A stretch of DNA of 64,000 bases from Croceimicrobium sp. (lineage in GTDB: Bacteria; Bacteroidota; Bacteroidia; Flavobacteriales; Schleiferiaceae), in NCBI GenBank assembly GCA_965656185.1, contig CBFHJH010000001.1:291089-355088 (forward strand), written 5' to 3'. Below, in pieces: positions 9,332 through 19,418 of the stretch. The position numbers and the translations under genes were made by a program. The notes beneath the pieces were generated by a model that saw only the letters and a list, made by a program, of their open reading frames with translations, had not been told where the DNA came from and made no database searches. The stretch's first letter is position 1. Each line of letters begins with the position of its first letter.

Positions 9332-10063
9332 TTAAAATCCAGAAGAGATAATAAATATACTCGGTCGTTTTTCCAAGTCGGGTTTTTCCTTCTTCCACCA
9401 CGAGATGGGGGCCGTTCTTATGTATTCGTCGGCCAGAGTAACCTCCCGCGCCACGCAAAGCATGGTGTCCGGATGAAGAATTTGCGTAAGGTCCTTCAAC
9501 AACTTCTCATTTCGATAGGGCGTTTCCATAAAGATCTGGCTTTGCCCGGTTTTTTTACTGAGGCTTTCTAAACTTTTGATCTTGCGTTTTCTTTCACCGG
9601 CATCAATTGGAAGATAACCATTGAAGGCAAAATTTTGACCATTCATTCCACTGGCCATCATCGCCATAAAAATAGAGGAGGGGCCTACGATAGGGGCTAC
9701 TGGTATACCTTCACGGTGGGCTATTGAAACCAATTCTGCTCCAGGATCAGCAATGCCGGGAGCACCTGCTTCGGAGATCATTCCCATGGGCTCACCTCTA
9801 CGACAAGCTTCTAAATAACTGGGGTATTCGGCCGGATCCGAAAACTTATTGGTTGTGTAAATAACTAGATCGGCTTGATGCTTACTGGGTAATACTCGTT
9901 TAATAAAGGCGCGAGCAGACTTTTCATTTTCTACGATATAATGATCGCATAGATCGATCACTTTTTTAGCCGCTAAAGGCAGAACTTCAAGGGGTTCGAT
10001 ATCGCCCAGGAGAGAGGGAATCAAATATAATTTGCCGTACTGAGGACTTTCCGAATCTTCCAT
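9332..10063 (-). CDS. tetrapyrrole-methylase-fold SAM-dependent methyltransferase (RsmI-like)
   Basis: ISEAGAPGIADPG, VGPSS, FAFNGYLP, FMETPYRN. Confidence 0.8.
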   Translation of the reverse strand: MEDSESPQYGKLYLIPSLLGDIEPLEVLPLAAKKVIDLCDHYIVENEKSARAFIKRVLPSKHQADLVIYTTNKFSDPAEYPSYLEACRRGEPMGMISEAGAPGIADPGAELVSIAHREGIPVAPIVGPSSIFMAMMASGMNGQNFAFNGYLPIDAGERKRKIKSLESLSKKTGQSQIFMETPYRNEKLLKDLTQILHPDTMLCVAREVTLADEYIRTAPISWWKKEKPDLEKRPSIFIISSGF

Positions 10064-10515
10064 TACTTGAGTTTTTTTACAAGATTGTCGGTGGCTGCGT
10101 CTAAAAGTCGATAAACTTGTTCAAAGCCTTCGTCACCCCCGTAATAAGGGTCTGGAACCTCTTGATTACTGCCAGCTTTCAGCTCATTCAAGATCAAGTC
10201 CACTTTTTTACGGTCCTCATCATTACGAGCTAAAGCTAAAATGTTTTGATAGTTGGAGCGATCCATCGCGTAGATATGATCAAATCGATCAAAATCGGCC
10301 ACCTCAAATTGACGACCCATCAATTTTGAAATATTGATCCCATGTTTACGAGCAATCATGATGCTGCGTAGATCGGGAGCTTCACCTACGTGATAGGCGG
10401 CTGTTCCCGCCGAATCGACTTCCACTTTAGCTGGATCTACTTTAGATCGTAATATACCCTCAGCGAGGGGAGATCGACAAATATTGCCGAGACAAACCAT
10501 TAGAACTCTCTTCAA
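10063..10515 (-). CDS. low molecular weight protein-tyrosine phosphatase
   Basis: VCLGNICRS P-loop and DPYYG. Confidence 0.93.
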   Translation of the reverse strand: MKRVLMVCLGNICRSPLAEGILRSKVDPAKVEVDSAGTAAYHVGEAPDLRSIMIARKHGINISKLMGRQFEVADFDRFDHIYAMDRSNYQNILALARNDEDRKKVDLILNELKAGSNQEVPDPYYGGDEGFEQVYRLLDAATDNLVKKLK

Positions 10516-10568
10516 AATCTAAAATTTGCTTTAAAGGTAAGGGAATAAGCTCGCAAGCCGAAGCCTTT

Positions 10569-13493
10569 TTATTTGGGAAAGTAGACACTAAAGGTGCTAC
10601 CTAGTCCTTCTTCCGACTCCACCTTAATCTCACATCCCATGCTTTCCAATTGAGAACGTATCAGGTACAAGCCAATTCCACTGCTTTCGGGATGGTTATG
10701 GAAACTCTGTTTTAATTTGAAAAGACGATCGCCGTACTTATCCAGGTTTATACCGAGACCATTGTCTTGGACATCAATAATATAGTGATACTCCGACTCT
10801 CGAAGGTTGATGAAGATCTCAGGTTTTTTCTGTGGGTCATGATAACGAAGAGCATTACTGATCAGATTGAACATAACGCTATCCAGGTAAGGTGGGTAGA
10901 AATTGAGTTGGAAGTCTGATGGGACGCCAATACTCAGTTTGGCTTGAGTCTTTTTGATTTCATTGATCAATGATTGTTCTACCTTAAGGCAACAATCCTT
11001 CAAATTACAGGCCTCCATTGGCAAGTCTTTTTCAACTTCCTGGTTTAAGACCTGAGAGGTTTCATTTAAACTTTCTAGCAATTGCTGCGACGATTGATTA
11101 AGGTAATAATACAAGAGCTCCTTCTCTTCTTTATTCTCCTCGTGCTCCAATTCCGTAAGCAATTGAATGATATTACTGGCATGCGAGCGGAAGTTATGGG
11201 TAATGATATGGGCCAGGTTACGCAGTCTTTCGTTTTGCGTGTTGATTACTTTCATGTAATCCTGCATAGTGTTTTCCTCCCTTTTTCGCTGACTAATATC
11301 GGTTTCGATGGCGATGTAATTAGTAAGCTTTCCATTATCGTCGAATACCGGGGTAACGATACTTTCGATCCAATAATGCTCACCGCTCTTACGGTAATTC
11401 ACATTTTGAGCGGTAAAAGGTTTTTCTGCTTTTAATAGCCCTTCGATTTTTTGAGAGAAGATGTCCTCACTAAGAGGGCCATGCACGAGGTCTGATAATA
11501 CGTTCCCTTGAGCTTCCTCTAGGCTGTAGCCGCTCATTTCGGTAAAGCTGTGATTTACCCATTCTATTTTTTGCTTTTTGTTGGTAATGATCACGGCATT
11601 AGAGGTGCGATTCGCAACTAATGATAGCTTACGTAATTCAGCTTCGATCTCGTGTTCCTTCTGAATGTCGCGTACATTGATGTAGGCCTTAAGCTTTCCG
11701 TTGTTTAGTTCTATTTTTCCGTTTGACTCTACCCATAGCCATGAACCATTTTTATGCTTAGCTCTAAAAACGGAGCGGGTCACTTTCCCCGGCTCATCCA
11801 AGGCCTTTTGAAATGCCGCTGCCGCTTGCTCGACGTCATCAGGATGCATTAAGCTTAGATTATCCATGCCAATGATCTCGCTTGGCCTATAACCTAACAT
11901 GTGCTCAATATTGGGAGATGCATAGTCGTATTTTGCCTCATTATTAAGCGTAACGAACACATCGCTGCTCTTTTCGATGTAGTGCTTAAAGCGGGCTTCA
12001 GCTTCCGCGAGAGCCAAGGTGCTTTTTTCGATCGGCCCGAGGTCAAGCACGTGAATCCAGGCAAAATGCTCCTCTTTATAGGCGCTGGTGAAAGCCGAAA
12101 TAACTACGGTGGTTTCACTTAAGTCGCGCCGTACCAAATTAGTTTGGTAGGGCTCAATTCGGTTGGTTTCTCTAAGCTGATTTATTTGGTGTAAGTTTAA
12201 TTTATAATGTTTCTCGGGCACCAAATCCCGCAGACTTGTAGCCAAAAATTCATTTTTGCGATAACCTAAAATATTGAGCAAAGCCTGATTGCAGTCGAGC
12301 CAGTCCAAACTGTTTAGGTCCATCATTAACATACCTACCAATGAATCGTCGAAGAGTTGACGGAATTTGGTTTCCTCGGCCTTTAGTCTTTCCTCATATT
12401 CCTTTCTTAGGGTATCGTCATGCATGGCGCCAATTAAGCGGAGTGCTTTGCCTTGGGCGTCACGAATGATATAGCCTTGGTCTTTGATGAACCGATATTC
12501 GCCAGTTTTTGCTTTAAAGCGGTATTGACAATACCACAGCTCTTTTCCAGACTCAACCGCTGCGGTAGCAGTAGAGTTGAATTCATCTCGGTCCTCCGGG
12601 TGAATTTGAGAAACAAAAGCGCTTTCGGCCCTCATTTCTGCATCATTATAGCCAAAAGTAGGGTAGAGGTTTTCGCCCCAAACAATGGTCTTGTTAATGA
12701 TATCCCAATCCCAAATTACATCTTTAGTGGCTTTGCTACTGTATTTAAAGCGTTGATTACTAGCTTTCAGATCCTGAATGGCCTGCATTTGCTCATCAAT
12801 ATTGATAAAGCTGCTTAAAATTCCATTGATACCTGGTGTATTGCGATGGTCCTTAATTTGAGACTGGATCCATACGTAATGGCCCTCGCGATGACGAACA
12901 CGCAATTTTAACTCGGCATAGGGTTTATCTTCCTTTAAAACTTCGTTCAAGGCTTTACCTAAGCTCTCTTGATCGTCGGGGTGAACAAAGTCAAAGCTAT
13001 TTTGACCGATCAACTCTTCAGGTTTTAAACCGATGGTCTTCTCAATTGCCGCATTAATGAAGCTTATTCTACCACTTTCATCACGGATCATTACCGTATT
13101 GTAGTTTTTCTCCATGAGCTCACTTAGGCGAACTTCCGTTTTAGCCAGTTCGTTTTCCAATTCGAGAAGTTGCTGTTCTAAATCCCCTTTTGTGGCTTGC
13201 TTCAGTAGCTCAGTATAGTGTTGCCTCTGATGGATAAGTTGTGTGGCTGCGTCAAGGATTTCAGGACTTAATTCACTACTGTTATGGTAATGAACGATTA
13301 CACGTGCCTTAAAGCTTTTGTGGCCCTCTTGCCAGTCTGTTGCCCAGAGGTTGATCTCTATTTGGGGATGATCAATAGCCTTTAACTGATCGATTGTTAA
13401 TACCTCGAAATCTTTGGGCCAGGCCATTTCTGAGCCTAAAGCATAGGCTTTTGATTTGTTTAAATTCTCCCCTAACATGTGTAAAAAACCCAA
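10569..13493 (-). CDS. cytoplasmic multi-PAS sensor histidine kinase
   Basis: Several PAS/PAC repeats (HPDD); H-box THNFRSH, N-box NLISNALRY, DNGLGI, SGIGLY; no TM segment. Confidence 0.88.
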   Translation of the reverse strand: MGFLHMLGENLNKSKAYALGSEMAWPKDFEVLTIDQLKAIDHPQIEINLWATDWQEGHKSFKARVIVHYHNSSELSPEILDAATQLIHQRQHYTELLKQATKGDLEQQLLELENELAKTEVRLSELMEKNYNTVMIRDESGRISFINAAIEKTIGLKPEELIGQNSFDFVHPDDQESLGKALNEVLKEDKPYAELKLRVRHREGHYVWIQSQIKDHRNTPGINGILSSFINIDEQMQAIQDLKASNQRFKYSSKATKDVIWDWDIINKTIVWGENLYPTFGYNDAEMRAESAFVSQIHPEDRDEFNSTATAAVESGKELWYCQYRFKAKTGEYRFIKDQGYIIRDAQGKALRLIGAMHDDTLRKEYEERLKAEETKFRQLFDDSLVGMLMMDLNSLDWLDCNQALLNILGYRKNEFLATSLRDLVPEKHYKLNLHQINQLRETNRIEPYQTNLVRRDLSETTVVISAFTSAYKEEHFAWIHVLDLGPIEKSTLALAEAEARFKHYIEKSSDVFVTLNNEAKYDYASPNIEHMLGYRPSEIIGMDNLSLMHPDDVEQAAAAFQKALDEPGKVTRSVFRAKHKNGSWLWVESNGKIELNNGKLKAYINVRDIQKEHEIEAELRKLSLVANRTSNAVIITNKKQKIEWVNHSFTEMSGYSLEEAQGNVLSDLVHGPLSEDIFSQKIEGLLKAEKPFTAQNVNYRKSGEHYWIESIVTPVFDDNGKLTNYIAIETDISQRKREENTMQDYMKVINTQNERLRNLAHIITHNFRSHASNIIQLLTELEHEENKEEKELLYYYLNQSSQQLLESLNETSQVLNQEVEKDLPMEACNLKDCCLKVEQSLINEIKKTQAKLSIGVPSDFQLNFYPPYLDSVMFNLISNALRYHDPQKKPEIFINLRESEYHYIIDVQDNGLGINLDKYGDRLFKLKQSFHNHPESSGIGLYLIRSQLESMGCEIKVESEEGLGSTFSVYFPK

Positions 13494-13543
13494 AAAGATT
13501 TTTAATGAGCCCTCTAATATACAATCGCTAACAGTCTAAAACT

Positions 13544-13572
13544 AAAAAGCCACCTTTCTAGGTGGCTTTTTT
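13544..13572 (-). terminator. intrinsic terminator after dnaA
   Basis: AAAAAGCCACC-loop-GGTGGCTTTTTT. Confidence 0.85.
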
Positions 13573-13575
13573 AAA

Positions 13576-15006
13576 TTACTTAAGGGTAAGTTTCTTTCGA
13601 AGGTCGTCTACATAGGTGCGGAAACGCTTGTCGGTTTCAGTTAGATTGTTCACCGTTCTACAGGCATGTAAAACCGTGGCATGGTCTTTATTTCCGCATT
13701 GCGCGCCAATACTGGCTAAAGAATTCTTAGTAAGCTGCTTACTGAAATACATCGCCAGCTGTCTTGCTTGTACGATCTCACGTTTACGGGTTTTCGACTT
13801 CAATAATTCGATCGGCATGTCGAAATAATCACAAACCACTTTCTGAATGTAGTCGATACTGATCTCTCGGGTCGTGTTCTTAACGAACTTATCGATCATT
13901 TGCTTTGCCAATTCTACCGTGATCTTCTTCTTGTTTAAAGAAGACTGGGCCAGCAGAGAAATTAAGGCTCCTTCCAGCTCTCGTACATTAGAATTAATAC
14001 TATATGCCAAATATTCGATAACGTCGGCTGGCATTTCCACCCCGTCGTTATATAATTTTTGGTTGAGAATGGCGATGCGCGTTTCTAAGTCAGGTACTTG
14101 AAGATCGGCGCTCAATCCCCACTTAAATCGAGAAAGTAAGCGCTGCTCCATTCCTTGGAGATCTACCGGTGCACGGTCTGAGGTAAGGATTACCTGCTTT
14201 CCGTTTTGATGCAGATGATTGAAGATCTCGAAAAAGGCATCTTGGGTTTTTTCCTTGCCTGCGAAAGAGTGTACATCGTCTACTACCAGTACATCAATCA
14301 TCTGGTAGAAGTGTAAAAAGTCATTCTTGTTATTGGTGCGAATCGCTTCTACAAATTGCTGTTGAAACTTTTCGGCCGAAACATATAAAACCGTTTTCTC
14401 AGGGTAACGGTCCTTGATCTCAATACCAATAGCGTGAGCTAAATGAGTTTTTCCTAAACCGTTACCGCCGTAGAGTAGTAGAGGGTTAAAGGAAGTGCCA
14501 CCGGGCTTTTTAGCTACGGCATAACCAGCCGAACGGGCAAGTCTATTGCAATCGCCTTCTACGAAATTCTCGAAATTGTAATTCGGATTTAATTGAGATT
14601 CTACGTGAACCTTACGCAGCCCGGGAATGATAAAAGGGTTCTTAACGCCTTTCTCACCCAACTCCATAGGCATGTTCACCTTAGGGTTTTGAAGGTTACC
14701 CCGATTACTTGAAGGGATCTTTACCGTAAAGGGTTTGGTGTTGCCATAGGTATTCTCCATGACGATGCTGTATACCAATTTCGCATCCTCACCAAGTTCT
14801 TTGGTAATGGCACTTTTTAAAAGTTTAATGTAGTTTTCTTCCAACCACTCGTAGAAAAACTTAGAAGGCACCTGAATGCTTAGCACCTTGTCTTTTAACT
14901 TAAGTGGTTTGATAGGCAAAAACCAAGTTTTGTAACTCTGCGCAGAGATATTGTCCTTTATGTAAAGAAGACAATTATCCCATACTGTTTTTGCAGTCAA
15001 TTCCAT
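13576..15006 (-). CDS. dnaA: chromosomal replication initiator DnaA
   Basis: Walker A GGNGLGKT, VDDVH, SRFKWGL, NVRELEGA, domain IV KDHATVLHA. Confidence 0.97.
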   Translation of the reverse strand: MELTAKTVWDNCLLYIKDNISAQSYKTWFLPIKPLKLKDKVLSIQVPSKFFYEWLEENYIKLLKSAITKELGEDAKLVYSIVMENTYGNTKPFTVKIPSSNRGNLQNPKVNMPMELGEKGVKNPFIIPGLRKVHVESQLNPNYNFENFVEGDCNRLARSAGYAVAKKPGGTSFNPLLLYGGNGLGKTHLAHAIGIEIKDRYPEKTVLYVSAEKFQQQFVEAIRTNNKNDFLHFYQMIDVLVVDDVHSFAGKEKTQDAFFEIFNHLHQNGKQVILTSDRAPVDLQGMEQRLLSRFKWGLSADLQVPDLETRIAILNQKLYNDGVEMPADVIEYLAYSINSNVRELEGALISLLAQSSLNKKKITVELAKQMIDKFVKNTTREISIDYIQKVVCDYFDMPIELLKSKTRKREIVQARQLAMYFSKQLTKNSLASIGAQCGNKDHATVLHACRTVNNLTETDKRFRTYVDDLRKKLTLK

Positions 15007-15231
15007 TTGCGTTTCTTAAATTGTTGGTTTGGCTGAGGGGAAAAATCGCACTTGAAGTGGTAAAAATGCCCTCCCCCTTGACACCCACAAAAGTGTGTAG
15101 AAAAAAGTGATAAAAAAAATCAAATTGGTCTTGACAAAAAGGTTTTTTAGTGCGAGATTAGGACAGCGTTAATCGCTCTGAAACCCGCATTCCACCGTAG
15201 GATAGCGTTAATAATCAGTACTTAAGAAGCT

Positions 15232-15639
15232 ATGTATGTTAACCTAACATCAAGTCGAGTTCGTTATGCCGAGACGGACCAAATGGGCTATGTTTATTAT
15301 GGAAATTACCCCCAATTTTTTGAGATAGGTCGGGTAGAGGCACTGAGAGCCTTGGGTATCAGCTATAAAAAAATGGAGGAGGACGGAATTATGCTACCTG
15401 TTTTAAAGCTCGAGATTAAATATGTTGCTCCGGCGAAATATGATGACCTTCTTCAGATAAAAACTGAAATCCGAGAAATTCCTTCTACCAGGATCACATT
15501 TCACCACGAAATTTTTAATGAAGCAGGCGGTCTTTTAACAATCGGGATGGTACAATTGGTATTTGTCGACATCAAAACGAAGAAACCTTGTAAGGCGCCC
15601 CCTTATATTTTAGATGCTTTAAGCAATACACCTTCATAA
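15232..15639 (+). CDS. YbgC/FadM-type acyl-CoA thioesterase
   Basis: RVRYAETDQMGYVYYGNY hot-dog motif. Confidence 0.88.
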   Translation: MYVNLTSSRVRYAETDQMGYVYYGNYPQFFEIGRVEALRALGISYKKMEEDGIMLPVLKLEIKYVAPAKYDDLLQIKTEIREIPSTRITFHHEIFNEAGGLLTIGMVQLVFVDIKTKKPCKAPPYILDALSNTPS

Positions 15640-15666
15640 AAAAAGGGAGCCATCGAGCTCCCTTTT
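15638..15666. terminator. bidirectional intrinsic terminator
   Basis: AAAAGGGAGC-loop-GCTCCCTTTT between convergent genes. Confidence 0.8.
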
Positions 15667-15686
15667 CACTATTTATATGTTTTTCT

Positions 15687-16628
15687 TTAGTCCAAACGAG
15701 TGGCCACTGAATTCACATAATCGTAACGGCCCGTTTCTTCGTTGTAGGTCCAAACTACCGTAATAAAAGTCGGATCATAAGGAGCATTCGGCTCGTAAGC
15801 ATCGTCGAAGCCCAGGTCTGGTTTATGGAAGAAATGACGGATAGGAGTACTGGCGGTACCTATGATGTCCCCATCACTAAAAGTTTCACCAAAAGGAGTG
15901 TACTCGGATAAACGCGTTCCCCAAGCAGACTCTTCGTTAAAATTCTTGACCAAAATATTTTCATGGTGGAAGATGTCTCCTGGTGTTTTAAGTAAGGCTG
16001 TGCTGTCAATGTTAGGTAAGTTCATATCCCAAACGCTTACATTGCCCTGATTTACAACAAAATCGGCCTGGCTATTTACCCTAAGGTCTAAAGCATTACC
16101 ATATTTGGCCGCTGCAAAATTGGCGCATAGATAAGTGGCAATGTAGAAGTCAGGGTTAGCAGTATCCTTGAAGAACTTGATCTTACTATCTACCAACCAA
16201 GCGGTATCATTACTGGTTACCACATGATTCACAGTGGCCACGGGCGCTTTACCTGCAATAGCTCCGGCACGACTGATAAGTTCGTTCGGTGCTACGGTGC
16301 GATCGTTCAAATAAAACGAAATGGCCGGTTCTAGAGGTTGGTTTAAACTGATCGAATCAGTTAATGGGCTGTATAAAAAGCTATTTTGATCGGCAACCGT
16401 ATACAAGGAATTGAAAGTGCCAGGCAGAGCGTCCTCTAAAATCAAAGAAGGGATCTGTGAGGCATAACCAGCACCAGGGTTGTAGGAGTGGATCAATAAA
16501 CTAGACTTTACTTGATCTAAAGGGATACCATCGGTTACATAAGGAATCGGACAGTCATCACATTGATCGTCTTCCTCGCACGCAATGGCGCTAAGGAAAA
16601 GCAGAGCTAACAAAACAATTTTCTTCAT
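15687..16628 (-). CDS. lipoprotein of unknown function, possibly Omp28-like (start likely ATG 16628)
   Basis: MKKIVLLALLFLSAIAC lipobox; -7 element TACATTTG at 16647-16654 overlaps the longer TTG start. Confidence 0.65.
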   Translation of the reverse strand: MKKIVLLALLFLSAIACEEDDQCDDCPIPYVTDGIPLDQVKSSLLIHSYNPGAGYASQIPSLILEDALPGTFNSLYTVADQNSFLYSPLTDSISLNQPLEPAISFYLNDRTVAPNELISRAGAIAGKAPVATVNHVVTSNDTAWLVDSKIKFFKDTANPDFYIATYLCANFAAAKYGNALDLRVNSQADFVVNQGNVSVWDMNLPNIDSTALLKTPGDIFHHENILVKNFNEESAWGTRLSEYTPFGETFSDGDIIGTASTPIRHFFHKPDLGFDDAYEPNAPYDPTFITVVWTYNEETGRYDYVNSVATRLD

Positions 16629-16762
16629 AATGAAATGATTTCGCGTCAAATGTACTATATAAAACGCCTCTATACTAGTGCTGGTATAAGGCCTTTCACC
16701 ATTAATTTGTTGAAAAGCTTCATTAAAATATCGATTTGTAAGATCATTTGGTTGGGTGCAAA

Positions 16763-17725
16763 TTAATTGAGGATGAGGAAAATCGGTAAGTGGTCACTAA
16801 AACCCCCTTGGTAAAAATCCCCTCTAAAACTCCTTTGGGGCTTTTTACCAGGATATTTTGAATCCTCCTCCAATAGGAAATCGGCCCTCTGTACCCCATA
16901 AGTGCTAATTTCTTCTTGCAGCTCAGGGCTGATGAGAATTTGATCTAGATAAGCCCAATCGCCCCGATATCGATGACTACCCCATGATGGATCCAGTTCG
17001 GCCATGAGGTTTAGAAGTTGGAGTTTATCGCTTAAGTACCTTAAACTGCTATCCTGAGGCTCATCGTTGAAATCACCCATAAGGATCAATTTGGAATGAG
17101 CATTGAGGGTATTTTCTAGCAATTGCACTAAGATTTCGGCTGCGGCCAGGCGTCGTGGTTCCGATTTTTCCTTCCCGCCATAGCGACTAGGCCAGTGGCA
17201 GGCGATAATAGTAAAGGTGTCTCGCGGATTTTGCAGGCTACTAAACTTTGTGAATAGCATATCTCTGCTGGTGTAAGCCGTGTCTTTAGGGTTCTTATAA
17301 GCAATCGGTTGGGATTCTATCAAGCGTAAGCGATCCTTTCGGTAGATCAAACCGATATCGATCCCCCGTCGATCAGGCGAATCGTAATGTACCCATTGGT
17401 AATCAATCTTAGCTAATGCGGGTCGCCTTATGAGGTCAGACAATACTTGAGCACTTTCCACTTCTGCAAAAGCGATTAAATTAGGTGCTTCAAAGGCAGA
17501 GTCACTCATGCTTAGAATCACCTTCGATAAGCGATTCAGTTTGTGGTAGTATTTAGCGGTATCCCATTGCTTTGACCCTTCTGGCGTGAACTCACGATCT
17601 GGATTTAAACTATCCCAACTCGGGTGAAAGAGGTTTTCTACGTTATAAAAGGCAAATTGGAGACCTTGTCCCTGACTATTGAATCCGAGTAGTAGGCCTA
17701 CAACCAGTAACAGTCTGATGGTCAT
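16763..17725 (-). CDS. secreted endonuclease/exonuclease/phosphatase (EEP) family protein
   Basis: NVENLF, AEVE, HWPSR, GDFND, SDHLP; signal peptide. Confidence 0.85.
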   Translation of the reverse strand: MTIRLLLVVGLLLGFNSQGQGLQFAFYNVENLFHPSWDSLNPDREFTPEGSKQWDTAKYYHKLNRLSKVILSMSDSAFEAPNLIAFAEVESAQVLSDLIRRPALAKIDYQWVHYDSPDRRGIDIGLIYRKDRLRLIESQPIAYKNPKDTAYTSRDMLFTKFSSLQNPRDTFTIIACHWPSRYGGKEKSEPRRLAAAEILVQLLENTLNAHSKLILMGDFNDEPQDSSLRYLSDKLQLLNLMAELDPSWGSHRYRGDWAYLDQILISPELQEEISTYGVQRADFLLEEDSKYPGKKPQRSFRGDFYQGGFSDHLPIFLILN

Positions 17726-18579
17726 TAGAGCACTTTTAAGCTTTTTCGATAGAGTTTGTACTGGGTACTAACGGTTTGAATTTGGTAATTGCTATTTCTA
17801 TAAAATGCAATCGATTCTTGTTCTCCCAGCATCAAAAAGCCTCCTGGGCAAAGATGCCTTTCCAGTCGTGCCAAGGGTTTGGATTGATGTAAATGATTGA
17901 AATAGATCAATACATTTCTACAAAGAATGAGGTCGTATTGAGCGGCTAACTCCGATTGTGTAAGGTCAAATAAGCTCCATTCTACTTTTTCAAAAAGCTT
18001 GGGATTGAAAAAGCACATGGACGAGGTACTTTGATAGTAATCGCTTAAATCAGCTATGCCACCAGACTTCTTGTAATTCATCGCAGCATGCTGAATCTTT
18101 GTTTTGGAAACCGCGAAATTCTTGGCCTTTTCTATGGCTTGAGCAGAAATATCGGTGGCCATGATGCGTGAATTGGCCAGCAATCCCGCTTCGTGTAAAT
18201 GAATACATAAACTGATTATTTCCTCTCCAGTACTGCAGCCTACAATGAGGATCTTCGGTTCAATGATTCTTCTTAGAAAGGGAAAAGCAGAGGTCTTTAA
18301 TTCCTTTAAGGCATTAGGTTCTCGGAAAAGCTCCGTCACTTTTACAGTAAACAGCTCAATGAACTTTTCGAAAAAATCTCGATTTCGCCCTAGTACTAGG
18401 CTTAATTCGTGCAAATTCTTAAGTCCGCTGCTCGTTATAACCCTTTGTAAACGGCGTTTCACCGATAAAGGGTTGTACCAATCTAAATGCAGCCCATAGC
18501 GGTCTTCTACCAATTCACTGAATTGCTTCAGATCTTGGTCTCCGATCTCCGAAAGCTGCCTATGTGTAGTACTCTCCAT
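17725..18579 (-). CDS. cheR: CheR-family protein-glutamate O-methyltransferase
   Basis: VTELFR, VGCSTGEE, ATDIS, DLILCRNVLIYF. Confidence 0.85.
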   Translation of the reverse strand: MESTTHRQLSEIGDQDLKQFSELVEDRYGLHLDWYNPLSVKRRLQRVITSSGLKNLHELSLVLGRNRDFFEKFIELFTVKVTELFREPNALKELKTSAFPFLRRIIEPKILIVGCSTGEEIISLCIHLHEAGLLANSRIMATDISAQAIEKAKNFAVSKTKIQHAAMNYKKSGGIADLSDYYQSTSSMCFFNPKLFEKVEWSLFDLTQSELAAQYDLILCRNVLIYFNHLHQSKPLARLERHLCPGGFLMLGEQESIAFYRNSNYQIQTVSTQYKLYRKSLKVL

Positions 18580-18611
18580 ATCTTGCGAAAATAATTTTAT
18601 CCGCTAAACTT

Positions 18612-19418
18612 ATGCTAAGGCTAGGCCTAGTTTTATTGTTAATAGTAATCAATTTCCACGGGTCTGTCGCTCAAAGCTTTGGTATTAATCCTTTAATAAA
18701 CGATTCTTGGCAAAACGCTGGTAATTGGTTTAAAGGTAGTTATGAGCAAAATGATGCAGTGTACTGGACCTTGGGAGGCTTTGGTGTTCTGGCGGTAATG
18801 GCCAACGACCAACGCTGGCAGGCTACCTTACAATTAGAGAACCCGACCTTACGTACCAATATAAATGGTTTTAGCGAGGCTTTTGGTGATCCTTATGTAA
18901 TGGGGGCCTTAGGCCTTGGTACTTATTTAGGAGCGAGTCTATCTGATAATAAAGATTTGCAGGGCCTAAGTAGCACGGCTTTACAATCTATGCTTACGGC
19001 CGGAGTAGCAGTTTTAGCTCTAAAACTGGTTTTTCATCGGGTGCGACCCGAGGAGCAAATTACTTTAGACCCTTACGATTTTAGAGGGCCTTCTTTCGCC
19101 TCAGATAATTTGTCTTTCCCATCTGGTCATACCACTATCGCCTTTGCTTTGGCTTCTTGTATTTCGGCCTATTACGATGATCCTTATTACCTAGCCATTC
19201 CTTTGTATACTTTGGCCTCACTTACGGCCTGGCAAAGGGTTTATGATCAAAAGCATTGGCCTTCTGATGTTCTAATGGGGGCTTTATTGGGAACTTACGT
19301 GGGTCGCAAAATGGCGAAGTGGCAAAAGGGTAGATCTGCGCAAGTGAGCCTGGCTCCAAACCCCTGGGGAATGGGATTAGGATTTAGGATGCAGTTAGAT
19401 CCTAATCGCGGTAAATAA
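18612..19418 (+). CDS. PAP2 family phosphatase
   Basis: KxxxxRxRP, SFPSGH, RVYDQKHWPSDV. Confidence 0.88.
   Translation: MLRLGLVLLLIVINFHGSVAQSFGINPLINDSWQNAGNWFKGSYEQNDAVYWTLGGFGVLAVMANDQRWQATLQLENPTLRTNINGFSEAFGDPYVMGALGLGTYLGASLSDNKDLQGLSSTALQSMLTAGVAVLALKLVFHRVRPEEQITLDPYDFRGPSFASDNLSFPSGHTTIAFALASCISAYYDDPYYLAIPLYTLASLTAWQRVYDQKHWPSDVLMGALLGTYVGRKMAKWQKGRSAQVSLAPNPWGMGLGFRMQLDPNRGK

Noticed and set aside
15007-15231. oriC next to dnaA
   Set aside because: No TTWTNCACA DnaA boxes found on either strand; dnaN is not adjacent
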